NCBI GenBank assembly: GCA_951406725.2
Contig: OX597817.1
Coordinates: 96,224,001-96,288,000, forward strand
Reading direction: 5' to 3'
Source: Octopus vulgaris
Lineage: Eukaryota
DNA: 64,000 nt
This document shows, piece after piece, positions 28,377-40,765 of this stretch. Under the pieces are notes generated by a model. It saw only the letters and a program-made list of their open reading frames with translations. It had not been told where the DNA came from and searched no databases. The position numbers and the translations under genes are program-made. Position 1 is the first letter of the stretch; the number at the start of each line of letters is the position of its first letter.

Positions 28377-28404
28377 CCCGTGAATTTTTCACGGGTCCAG
28401 CTAG
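28377..28404 (+). mobile_element. Helitron 3' terminus
   Basis: Hairpin CCCGTGAA-TTT-TTCACGGG followed by CTAG|T; repeated at 46366-46392. Confidence 0.65.
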
Positions 28405-28939
28405 TTATTGTTATTATTATTATTATTATTGAGTGAGAGAGCAGTGCATGCCATCAAAGTGAAACTGGGGTAAAATTACGAAGCCCAGGATACCCATCAT
28501 GACTACCCGTCTGATAAGGGTACACCAAGCACATGCATCACAACCATATGTGCGCGACATGGTGATCTTATATCAAGATAAACAGCACATGACCTTGCAG
28601 GTGGGGCCCAGTTAGAATTTTCTTCTGGTCGAGTAACCCATCCCGCTCAAAAGATCCCTGAATAAGGGTTGTTTAAGGATGTTGAAAGAACCACCCATGT
28701 TTCCAGAGGTGAATTATTCAAACACCAAAGAATCCCTCTCAACATATGGCTATGATGCTCCCCCACTACTTCTGCTCGTGATCAGAGATGCACATATCGT
28801 CTGCCACTAAGAGACATGCTCAACTAGTTATGGTCAAACAACTGACAAGCAAATCTGTGGTATTGAGCAGAATATTTGCTGTAGCCCATCTTTTATACCA
28901 AGACAAAACAATTTTATTATTATTATTATTATTATTACT

Positions 28940-29982
28940 CAGTAGTTTTATTTTTATAGCGTGCTTTCACTTCACTACCGAGCGCAGCTCTGTGTGCCTT
29001 GGGTATGTGCTGTGATTTGTTGTGATGCTCTGATGGTTATTGTATGGAAAGTGTTCTGCGTAGGATGTGTGCAGTGCCTAGTAGTGCAATTTTCTGTATG
29101 TGTTTGTAAGTCCTGGTGTTTTTGTTATGTATTTGTCTGAATATTTTTTTATCATGCCTAATGCACCTACTATGATAGGAATTGTTTCTGTTTTCAGGTT
29201 CCACATTCTAGTTACCTCTATTTCCAGGTCTTTGTATTTTGAGAGTTTCTCCATTTCTTTTAGAGACACGTTGTCATCTGCCGGTATTGATACATCAATT
29301 AGAAAGCATTTTTTTCTTCATGATCTCTGACAACTATATCTGGTCTGTTGGCCTTAATTTCTCTATCTGTGTGTATCGGCATATCCCAGAGTATGGTTGC
29401 TTTCTCGTTTTCTGTGACCTTTTCTGGTGTGTGCCTATACCATCTTTTTTCTGTTGTTATTCCATAATGTTGGCATAGCTTCCAATGTATGTAGGTTCCA
29501 ACTCTGTCATGTCTGTGAATATATTCCTTCTTATCCAGGACTGGGCAGCTAGAGATAATATGATTTATTGTTTCTTGTCCATCTCCACATATTCTGCAGT
29601 TACTTGTAATATTTCTTTTCATTACATGTTTTTGGTAATTTCTGGTGGGGAGGCTTTGGTCTTGTGCTGCAATTAAAAATCCCTCTGTTTCTGCTTTGAG
29701 TCCTGAGCTTCTCAACCATTGCTGGGATTTTTCTTTGTCTATTTCTTTTGCGTTTAGTTTAGTGCAGTATTTACCATGAAGGGGCTTTTCTTGCCATCGT
29801 TTTATCATGGCTCGTTGCTGTTCTATTTTTAGTTTGGATTTCATTTGTTTTATAGCTTTTGTTGTTTCTTCATCAACTTCTTCTTCTTCTTTGTGTTTAT
29901 TAGGTGGTATGATTTCTTGTTTGTATCTGTCAGCTTCCTTAAATACTGAGAACAGTTTTTTGTTTTGCTCGTGTTTTGCTGC
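28940..29982 (-). mobile_element. 5'-truncated R4/Dong LINE (family B) between (ATT)n tracts
   Basis: WQEKPLHGKY, CRICGDGQETINHIISSC, NRPDIVV, EKLSKYKDL; (AAT)n on both sides. Confidence 0.88.
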
Positions 29983-30034
<52 letters not shown>

Positions 30035-30237
30035 CGCTGATTTCAAAATTGATAAAAGTGAAAACTACAAATAATATGGGTAGTTTATTAGCAATTTAAC
30101 ACCCTAAAGGCAAATTTATAGAGTCAATAACGTGACAGAGTGTGCTAAGTGGTACCAATATTGCTAGAAATAATAGTCAAATCAACTTATTCCTAGCAAT
30201 ACTGGTAGCACTTTGAACCCTCTGTAACATTACACAG

Positions 30238-30273
<36 letters not shown>

Positions 30274-30530
30274 GTCTATATATATATACATAGAGAGAGA
30301 AAGAGAGAGGGGGAGAGAGAAAGAAAATAGTGAATCTATTACAAAGGGTAATACAGATTTATATCCTGTTTTATTCAGCATTTTTATTTCAGCGAGACTT
30401 CTATTTAATTTAGATTCTATCTGAAAATGCTGTTGAACTCACCCTGGAGAAGTGCACATAAAGATGAAAATTTTGCAACGTGCATTAGTTAATTGAGGCA
30501 AAAACATGTGTAAGTGCAGAAAGAAAAGGT

Positions 30531-30687
30531 AGGCGCAGGAGTGGCTGTGTGGTAAGTAGCTTGCTAACCAACCACATGGTTCCGGGTTCAGTCCCACTGC
30601 GTGGCATCTTGGGCAAGTGTCTTCTGCTATAGCTCCGGGCCGACCAATGTGGATTTGGTAGACGGAAACTGAAAGAAGCCTGTCGTA

Positions 30688-30725
<38 letters not shown>

Positions 30726-30945
30726 TGTGTGTGTATATGTTTGTGTGTCTGTGTTTGTCCCCCTAACATTGCTTGACAACCGATGCTGGTGTGTTTACGT
30801 CCCCGTCACTTAGCGGTTCGGCAAAAGAGACCGATAGAATAAGTACTGGGCTTACAAAGAATAAGTCCCGGGGTCGATTTGCTCGACTAAAGGCGGTGCT
30901 CCAGCATGGCCGCAGTCAAATGACTGAAACAAGTAAAAGAGTGAA
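30531..30945 (+). mobile_element. tRNA-derived CORE-like SINE, best-preserved copy
   Basis: A box TGGCTGTGTGG, B box GGTTCAGTCCC, CORE-like CTTGGGCAAGTGTCTT, internal TA/TG tract; at least 5 copies in the window. Confidence 0.88.
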
Positions 30946-30974
30946 GAGAGAGTCAGATAGATAGATAGATAGAC

Positions 30975-31067
<93 letters not shown>

Positions 31068-31080
31068 CATAATAAATAAT

Positions 31081-31157
<77 letters not shown>

Positions 31158-31650
31158 TATACATATGGGTACAGGACGTCACCAAACGGGCAAATAACAA
31201 TGGAAAACAGGACAAGTAGACACAGAGAAAGAATCTTCATCAGTTGTCGTCTGTCTATGTTTTTTTAGAAAAATTCGGAGAAGCACACTCTAAGATGTAG
31301 AGCTATATTTATTTATTACTGTTGAAGGCCGGTTTATAGGGCTACCCTGGGTTTCTGGCCATAAAGGTTACCTTTATAGTGTATCTTCAGGCCCTAAGAC
31401 ATGTTGGTCTATGACTCCTTTAAAATATGGAGTGGGAGATGATATGGATGTAAACAAGGGGATTATCTCCTTTGCTGCTGGCTATCGGCTTCCGGCTGTG
31501 TCGTCATCCTTCAGCTCTGAGAGTAAACAATATAGGTTCTCTCTCTCTCACACTCTCTCTCTTTCTTTTTTTTTCGTTCTTTCTCTCTCCCATAAAAAAT
31601 CAACTTCCGGCTGTGGTGTTATTTTTGCTATTATCGATATTTTGCGGTTC

Positions 31651-31950
31651 CTAAAACGCCAGTAGAAATCTCCTAAAATGCAAGTACGGCCCGAAAATCT
31701 CCGTTCTGGAGTTCAGTATGATCTCTGGTACGGGCGAGTTTTTCAGGATTTCCGTGTGTTCGGCTTTGCATAGCTTTCGGTGTTTCATTCCATTGAAGTA
31801 GGAACCTGGACGCTCGAGGATTTTCCATGAGGTCGAGTGAGGAATTCCATCTTCCTTTAGTTGCCAGACATGGCTAACCAGCAATGTTAAGAATCTCCTT
31901 TTCGGGACCCTGAAGGAGGATCCATGGTTGGAAACACGTTTCAGCACCAA
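31651..31950 (-). pseudogene. PLE GIY-YIG C-terminal fragment
   Basis: SHVWQLKEDGIPHSTSWKILE...KLCKAE...ILNSRTEIF parallels 59831-60253. Confidence 0.65.
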
Positions 31951-32114
31951 CAGAGCAGCAGTTTCTTAAAGGAATTTCTCGTGCAACCGATATATTTCTT
32001 TGGGCGCGTAATGTCGGTGTTGTTGCTGTTGCTACTGCTGCTGCTGTTGGGTCAACAAGTGCTATAAGAGCGACAAATATCAAGGAATGATGTTTGTAGA
32101 GGCCACAGCCCATG

Positions 32115-32590
32115 GAGAACTAGCCCGTAGATTTAGGAGAGCTCCGAAAGAGGCCAAACTCAACATTAAGATTGTTGAAAAGCCAGGGAACTCCATCAGA
32201 TCACAACTGTGTAGGACGTACCCCTTTCAGAATACTACCTGATAACTGCATGATATGTGGGATTAAACCTGGCATTAACTATAGAACTAGAAATGTAGTC
32301 TACCGTATAAGGTGCATAGAAGGTGCTTGTAAAGACAAGAACATGATATACATAGGTGGGACATCTAGGAGCATTGCGGAAAGACTAAATACACATTTGA
32401 GACAATACGACGACAAAAAACAGCCCCCCATACTCTACCAACATGCCAAAGACAACATGGAAGCATTCTAGGTCAACTTGACATCCGCATTTTATCCTAG
32501 CACCCGAAGGACCCAACACTCAGACAAATACAGGAGTATGTCCTCATGAATGAAACATCTCCAGTACTAAATAGGAAATATACGTAGTAG
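32115..32590 (+). pseudogene. PLE GIY-YIG endonuclease fragment (other subfamily)
   Basis: NIKIVEKPG, CMIC, NVVYRIRC, YIGGTSRSIAERLNTH, PVLNRK. Confidence 0.75.
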
Positions 32591-32732
32591 GTAGCCATAC
32601 TCCTATACCCACAGTTTATATATATAGAGAGAGAGAATATATATATATAAATAGTTAGAGGTCTGTTATGTAGATGTATGTGTGTGTATATATATGTGTG
32701 TGTGTATATATATGTATATACGTGTATGTATG

Positions 32733-32794
<62 letters not shown>

Positions 32795-32859
32795 TAGATA
32801 AACTTAGATATGTTTCGACCAAAGGTTGGTCCAGGCCATGTCTAACTTAATAGTACCAC

Positions 32860-32916
<57 letters not shown>

Positions 32917-32954
32917 TATATACACATACATATACATATTTACACACGTATACA

Positions 32955-32992
<38 letters not shown>

Positions 32993-33568
32993 TATACATG
33001 TAGGTAAATGGATATGAATGTAAACAGATAGACTTACAGGTAGACAGGTACATAGGTAATACGAACAGAAAAGCACACATACACACATACATACCCAAAT
33101 GAAGACTGAAACACATGACCTTATACACACGCACACTTAACACAAGGACACATATGGAGAAACACATCCATATGTAACAGACGCACGTACATAGTCACAA
33201 AAACCCATACACAGACACTCAGACATGCACACACAAGGAGACAGAGATACAGACACACACACACACAAACACATAAAGATACAAGCACGAACACACGAAC
33301 ACATGAATATGCAGTCTTTCAATTTCATGTTTTGCATGAACAAACAATATTTACAAGTTAGAAATATACGTAAAGCTAGAATATCCCGATGCTATATATT
33401 TATATATATATATATATTTACCTGAATATTTACCTGAATATTTATAGAAATTAGTATCATGTTTCCAATACTGGGGTTACATTTAGAATAAAAAAAGAAA
33501 ATTCTCCGCTTTTCTTTCAAACATTCAATTTTGGAGAGAATTTTTCGTCTCTGCTGTTATAGCAGAAC

Positions 33569-34540
33569 TGTAGTGACCCTATAACGGTGCACGCGCGCGC
33601 ACCGTCCATTTTCTATTTCGCGCGTGCGAGTGTTGGTGCCTTCACGAAGGCACAGAAAGGAAGGGCCCTCTCGCGCATGCGCGAACCACCGGAAGCACGA
33701 CCCTTTTGCATATCGTGGTAGTTAGCCAAGGCAAGGGGGTCGTAGAACGTTTGACCGCTAGCAGCAGCAGCGGGGACTTGGGACAGCAGCGATTGAAGGA
33801 GACGGTCACGCATATTTTCTCTCCGTTCGAACTTGCTTCTAGCAGTCCTTACCAAAAGGCCTTTAACCTGGATTGTTGCAGACATCATCTTCTTCCTTCG
33901 GACGCCATTTTGACCCGTTCTGTTTTGGCGGCTGAACATTGTAAATATTACAATCGATTAACTTTCAGCCTTGCGCGCCCAGAACCAAGGACATCAGATA
34001 ACCACTTATTGTTATTGTTACCAAGAAAGAGAATAAAGTAGTATATATATATTTTACGTCTGCGTCTTGTTGTTTCTGACTGGTAGAATTCTGGATTATT
34101 AAAGCAACGGCTAGTGATTGCTTTCTTATACCCCGAAAGTACAAGAGAAGATATTCACTCACACGAAGTTCGTTACACTGGTGACCTCCCGACGTAATTC
34201 TGGTCTAAAACCAGAGATCACTTATCAACAAAGAAATCCAGTTTTTCTGCGAAGTCGGAACACGATTTAACTCTACGCATTCATCTTTCGACGATTTGTT
34301 TCCGTCCTCTCGGACCGTTATAGAAGGAGCCCTTTTCTTATTCTTCAACATGATGACGGACGCCATCACATCATCGATGCCTTTTCTCCACCTTCGTCAT
34401 CGCCATCGTCGTCTTTCTACTTCACGTCGTCGCTATCTTCGTCGCCATCATCCCTTTATTATTAAAGCAACGGCTAGTGATTGCTTTCTTGTACCCCGAA
34501 AGTACAAGAGAAGATATTCACTCACACGAAGTTCGTTACA
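33569..34540 (+). mobile_element. Internally deleted Ty3/gypsy element: full 5' LTR (33569-34177), PBS, leader, 83-bp remnant of 3' LTR
   Basis: TG...CA ends; tRNA-Trp-type PBS TGGTGACC(TC)CCGACGT from 34179; 34458-34540 repeats 34095-34177; 4-bp TSD GAAC on both sides. Confidence 0.85.
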
Positions 34541-35375
34541 GAACTTTCATTCCATCTCACCTTCCCTATTTCCACTGGTTGCCTAGTGTCTCTCTGGTAT
34601 TTATATAGGATGCTTGCATGTTTGAGATTCGTATTTCGTCTCTGCTCGAAGACGCGTTCGGTATGATCGAACGCTTCGCATTTATTATTTGCTGTCACCG
34701 ACTATCCAACGTAGAAACATGTATAACAGAGGAAATACAAAAATACCAAATTTATGTCTCGTAATAAATGTACCCGTTATATTACGTAATAGCCCTATAC
34801 ATGTCGCATAGAACCCTATTAGATTACGCATCAGAGATAGTTTAACGGTATTTCTGTCGGTTCCAGAATACTCATTTCCTCTTTAATATTTGAGAGTCAG
34901 TGTGTGAGTTTCTGTGTGTCAATATCAATACTCTTTGTTGTCCGTTATAGACGAACTGAGTACATTGAACAGTTGGTCGTCGATGCAAATATCCTCTCTC
35001 CATTCCATTGATGTTGTGTGAGGAAAAGGCAAGGTCAATACGGTTTGGCACCAGCGTCGTTCAGGCCGTGCCATCAGGACGATAAGAGCTGAATTAATAC
35101 CGCAAGACATCTCGCAAGACATCAACCTGCGAGGTGTACAAGAGCATCTAGACAAATTTTGTCTGAGATATGAGATGAACCCACACAAAACACCAAAAAA
35201 ATGAGCAGTTGTGTCCACCTCACTTCTTCACCAGAAATATTTTCGGAGAGAGAGCTGGAAAGTAATTGAGAAATAAAAAAATCAATCACAATAAAGGTGG
35301 AGCTCGGAGGGGCAGAGCCTCTGGATAAAACAAGTAAAATCTTAAATGATACATACATGCATACGTACGTGTGTG

Positions 35376-35406
<31 letters not shown>

Positions 35407-35522
35407 AAGAAGGAGAGAGAGAGAGAGAGATTAGCGTCGCAACGGTACTAGTACCGAAAAGCAATCTGTGTATCTTACTTAGATATACTAATAGTGAGTC
35501 ATAATACTGCGGTATTCGTCTT

Positions 35523-35880
35523 GAGACATGCAGGAAGTAAATAAATACCTTTAATTTTCAAAATTTCTGATCTAAGCGTTTGATATGCTTTCAGCAGTGT
35601 AGAATTTACAGTGTGATTATGCTTTTTTCATTCCAGGTGCTATTATATTAAACATTTGCGAAGGTAACCATGCCACGCACAAAACGTTCAGCTCAACTGT
35701 CAGATTTTCAAAGAGGTTGTACTGTTGGGCAATCTGGGGCTGGTCTTAGCCAGTAAAAAATTGCCGAAAATCTTCAAATTCCTCTTGCTACTGTTAATAG
35801 AATTATAGTGCAATTAAAAAGCCAAGGAAAAGAATCAAGAGATTCTCATCCCGGCCGACCTGGACCCTCGGAAAGAAAGA
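35523..35880 (+). mobile_element. Tc1-family 5' fragment
   Basis: [42 protein letters not shown] (paired-like HTH). Confidence 0.75.
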
Positions 35881-36089
35881 TTTCCTTTGGCCTGCTGGAC
35901 CCCCAAGGGAGTTCTAAGAATTTTAGCTTTTGTCTATTCTAGTGTCACTGAGTGTGTGTTGGTGGGTAGGCAGGCCATAAATTACACCTTTTATGATTTT
36001 GAGGATGGTCAAATGCCATTTGGGGGTCTAAGAACTCTTCTACTTTGTATGATTGTTTTGTGGAGGTGTGTGTGTCTCTGTGTGTCCGT

Positions 36090-36144
<55 letters not shown>

Positions 36145-36814
36145 TGTCTCTGTGTGTTTGGAGTAGGGGAGAGAGACAAATAGAGAAAAGGGAAAATAAA
36201 AATAAAAATAAAAATAAGGGAGGAAGATGAGAGGAAAAAATATATATATGTGTGTGTGTATATATGGGTATATGTGTATGTGTGTATATATATGTGCGTG
36301 TGTGTGCGTGTATGTATCTATATGTATATGTGTATATATATATGTATATATATATATATATGTGTGTGTATGTGTATTTGTATGTATGTGTGTGTGTGTT
36401 TGTATGTATATACATGTGCGTATGTATGTATATTCGCATGTGTATGTATGTGTGTTTGTATGTATATTTATTTTATATGTTTTTTCATGTATATTTATCT
36501 ACTTCTTCCCTCCACTTAACAATAACAAACTGAATACCTCCTCTTGACCACCAAAAAGCAACTGTCTTCTAATTTACCTAAAACCCCATCCCATATATCT
36601 GATTCTATTCAATTATTCTATTTATTCATTTATTTACTTTCTCACTGATTCTTCTCATTTCAAAAAACTCACTGGCCTTTTGACCACTCCCCTAAGAACA
36701 ATAGCCTGTGCCCTATTTATCTCCTAAATACCAACTTACCCAAAAAAACGTCCCCCACCACCACCCCATTAAATCTGCCTAAATGTATAAATACCAGACC
36801 TTATTTTGACAGCC

Positions 36815-36865
36815 AGCTTCCTGAAGATTTCATCTGAATGAAACAGTTCTAGTCCTGTAGAAGCT
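36815..36865 (+). ncRNA. Type I hammerhead ribozyme with complete core
   Basis: Stem I AGCUUC/GAAGCU (6 bp); CUGAAGA; short stem II UUCA/UGAA; GAAA; stem III CAG/CUG with 8-nt loop; GUA triplet ending at 36859. Confidence 0.75.
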
Positions 36866-36873
36866 CCTTCTAT

Positions 36874-36927
<54 letters not shown>

Positions 36928-36937
36928 CATACATATA

Positions 36938-37191
<254 letters not shown>

Positions 37192-37565
37192 CGCATACCC
37201 ATTTACATGCATACACACATATACGCGGTGCACTAAGCCACACATAACTATAGCTACACATTGATTGATGGCTGTCCACTCGTGATCGACGAAGGTCATC
37301 ACTGACCACTGTGCCCTCATACAAATTTACACTGTACACTTCTGGTTTCACTGATGACTAATGACCCCAGTTCTTGGTAAACATAAACGTCCGCAGATAT
37401 TGCAGACCAATCTATACTACACTGACGGTGTGTTTTCGAGCAGCTCGCTTAAATTCTGCATGAAAATCTACTTTTTACTTTTTCGAAAATACCCACTTCT
37501 TTGTTTCCTCCATTGATTTCGATGAATAACATTACTTCTCCAGCAGACCACCCGATTCCCGCAAC

Positions 37566-37667
<102 letters not shown>

Positions 37668-37782
37668 TGGTAAAAACGGTAACATAGCAAAAGAAAGAAA
37701 GAGACCTCAATATTATGTAAATACAGGAATTTATCTGTAAATGTAATATGTACGTATGTATGTACATATATATGCATATGTG

Positions 37783-37844
<62 letters not shown>

Positions 37845-38029
37845 TATACACACACAAGATTAATAGAGAGAGTAGGCATGACTTTGTAGCTAAGAAATTT
37901 ACTTTGCAACTATGTTGTTCAGTTTTCGATTCCACCGTGTGGTACGAATCTTGTGTACTATTGTGTTACAGTTTCGAGTTGACAAACAGGATGTCGATGA
38001 GAATTGATCGACGGAAAACTGTCTTGTGT

Positions 38030-38113
<84 letters not shown>

Positions 38114-40383
38114 CTTTATTTTTTAATCATATGTCACATCTGCAATATAAATTAATTTTAATGTTTAGGCTCACAACATAAAGTTATATTTTAATTACCA
38201 GAAAAGTTAATAAACCCACTGACTGCATCTGATAAATATATTCTTTTACTCTTTTATTAGTTTCCACAACAGTCATGCCAGAGAACAATTTTCAAGGATT
38301 TAGTTGAGTACTTTCAACCCCTATACTTTGTCTGATGCATTATATTATGGACCTCGTGAAACGATTATTGAACGAGATAGTGAGATGTAATGAAGGACGT
38401 AAGGAGCCAGTTGTCACAAGGTACTTTTTAGGCACACGAGTCTTGGCATCTCCCTCTAATATGCACCTAACGGCAGTTTACATGGTCTCTGTCAATCAAT
38501 TTTTCATTCAGAAACTAGGCTATAGCAGAAACCTTTCCGCAAGGTGCAACGAGATGAAATCAATGGTAGTTTTAGTAGCACAAGAAGTAGCAGTACTAAC
38601 TGTTGTTATTTGTGTTGCGGAAACAGCAGCAGTACTACTTGTTCCCACGCATTTTGGTAGAAGCAGCGTTATTGGATATTTATGTTCGTTCCATAGTAGC
38701 AGGAAGATTGTAATGCATGCTGGAATCAAATTATAAATAATCGATTAGGCTACCATTTTTTCGTAATGCATGCTTATCTGTTCTGCTGAGTTGGTTATAT
38801 AATTAATTCTTAAATACTATCTAACCCTAGTTTTCACCATTACCTTAACTATTTTTATATAGCAAGTATAATAAACGACACGACAATGCAAAAAAATAAA
38901 TTAGCAATATCAACTTCCATAACATTTATGACTGCTTTAAACATCATATACTGTAAATTATTTCTGAATACCAACACTGAATGTCTGAATTCAAGCAATT
39001 TCAAATATCAATTTGAAAAGTCAAATATCAATTTGAAAAATCGTAAAGAATCGACATTATCATTGCAGCAAAAGCAAAGTTAGTAGTGCTTTTAATCAAC
39101 ATAAACTGGACCCCTTAAATAATAGATTTGGGCTTTGAAGTAATAGAATCTGAGTAAAAATTAAAATAACGCATGTAAACAGGTTATTATGAAGTTCTTT
39201 GACTGCACAATTGCAAGTTTTACTAATTGTTCTGTGAAACGATTACTCTGGCACTATCTAGTCTGCAGAGCACATACATACAAGAGAATATATTTGCCTA
39301 TAGAAACAATACCTCGCTTACAGTGAGATACGAACTTGCGACTCAGTAAGCTTGGTGCCTTATGCATTCTGCTAATACTTCACAATCTTAGAATACTGAA
39401 TTGGTTAAATCTTTCCCTTCATAAGCCTTTTAATTTCCAAAATACAAGCTCTCCCGCTACCCAGCAACATTCAACATCTTTGCTATCTTACTGCGTTAAA
39501 ATACAAATTTTATCACTATTGATTTTAGCTGCACCGCAATTCAGTCTTATTTCGCAAGCCTAAGAGAAATCAATTGATTAGGAATCAATACCTCTTGCGA
39601 CCTCCAACGACTGAATATAATCTTAGGTCGTTTCTCTGGGTCGATGTAACTACTAAAATTAACTTCTTTAAAAGCTACTTCGTTGATAGGTGATGCCGCT
39701 GCAAAGTTTTGTCAGTAGAGGATAAATTATTAATGTAAAGGGGATGTATTTGGATATACTTGATCTTGTACTGTGAATGCCGTAAGAATTATTAAGAATT
39801 ATTATCTGGTAGAGAAGTGAGAAGTAAAAACTATAGAACTATACCGAAAAAAAAATAATGTACTTTGTCTGAGTGCTGGCTCTCTGATTGCATGCAAATA
39901 AACTATGTTCGACCTTCATATGTAACTGAATACAATTTCAGTTCTACTTAACAAAAGTTATTGAGCTACTTAAGAAAAATTACTTCTCAGAATAAGAATA
40001 ATTTCTGTGTTTCATTTGTTAATACTAGACACGATGTAGTAACCGCGCAAGGCCAGAAAAATCGTGGGCATTGACCGGGCTCATAAAATTTAACCACTTC
40101 GCAAAATTTGATCTTAATGGGAGCCCGAACATACCTCTTTCATACTGGGTTCGTGGTTCTACTTTTGCAGGAAGAAATCACGTTTTTCTCGAAGTATTTC
40201 TTTAGTAGACCTCTCTAATATGTCTTTGTAATGTGGTTATTCAGCAGCAGTTGTTGTTAAACAGAAATATGCGAATAAGTTGAGTATATAATATCTTACT
40301 TTAGTTTGAAGTTTGTTCCCTCTGTCTATATTTTGGATAATATTAGGTCGTCAGGTATGAAATTTGTAGAAAAGGAAAAAAAT

Positions 40384-40581
40384 ACAGTTCTATATTTAAG
40401 AGATGAGGAATTATGTACGTTATTTACATTTGACGGATATTTGTACTCATCTTGCTTGTTAACACAACGTTTCGGTTAATATACCCTCCAGCCTTCATCA
40501 GATGCCCACGGGCATATGGTGTAGTGGTTAAGAGCGCGGGCTACTAACCCCAAGATTCCGAGTTCGATTCCAGGCAGTGAT

Positions 40582-40619
<38 letters not shown>

Positions 40620-40765
40620 CAACAACAACAACATCGAAAAATACTTTAGGAATGAGAACCCAGGTTCGAAATTTCCCCAAGATACCTGATGAAGGCTGGA
40701 GGGTATATCAGCCGAAATGTTGTGTTAACAAATAAGATGAGGACAAATATCCGTCAAATGTAAAT
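40384..40765 (+). mobile_element. Composite element: inverted HHR arm, tRNA-like head, (AAT)n, HHR-bearing PLE-type tail (copy A)
   Basis: 40420-40501 is inverted relative to 40686-40767; A box 40517-40527; B box 40562-40571; flanked by an AAGG(A7/8)T duplication inside the mariner. Confidence 0.85.
40681..40726 (+). ncRNA. Minimal type I hammerhead ribozyme
   Basis: GAUAC-CUGAUGA-A-GGCUG(10 nt)CAGCC-GAAA-UG-UU-GUGUU. The inverted arms at 40461-40504 and 59405-59449 read GAAACGUU. Confidence 0.65.

Noticed and set aside
31165-31250. Minus-strand GACAA-CUGAUGA-A, possible pseudo-LTR
   Set aside because: No GAAA or stem III half is visible; at most a truncated relic.
34925-35218. Possible piggyBac transposase remnant (ICIDDQLF)
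   Set aside because: Only one weak motif, and no TTAA-bounded TIRs were identified.
37345-37395. CUGAUGA hammerhead-like start
   Set aside because: GAAA is replaced by UAAA and stems I and III do not close.
40506-40580. Possible tRNA-Ser(ACT) gene
   Set aside because: Acceptor and T stems pair poorly, there is no long variable arm or T-run terminator, and it is embedded in a repeated element. Treated as a SINE-type head.
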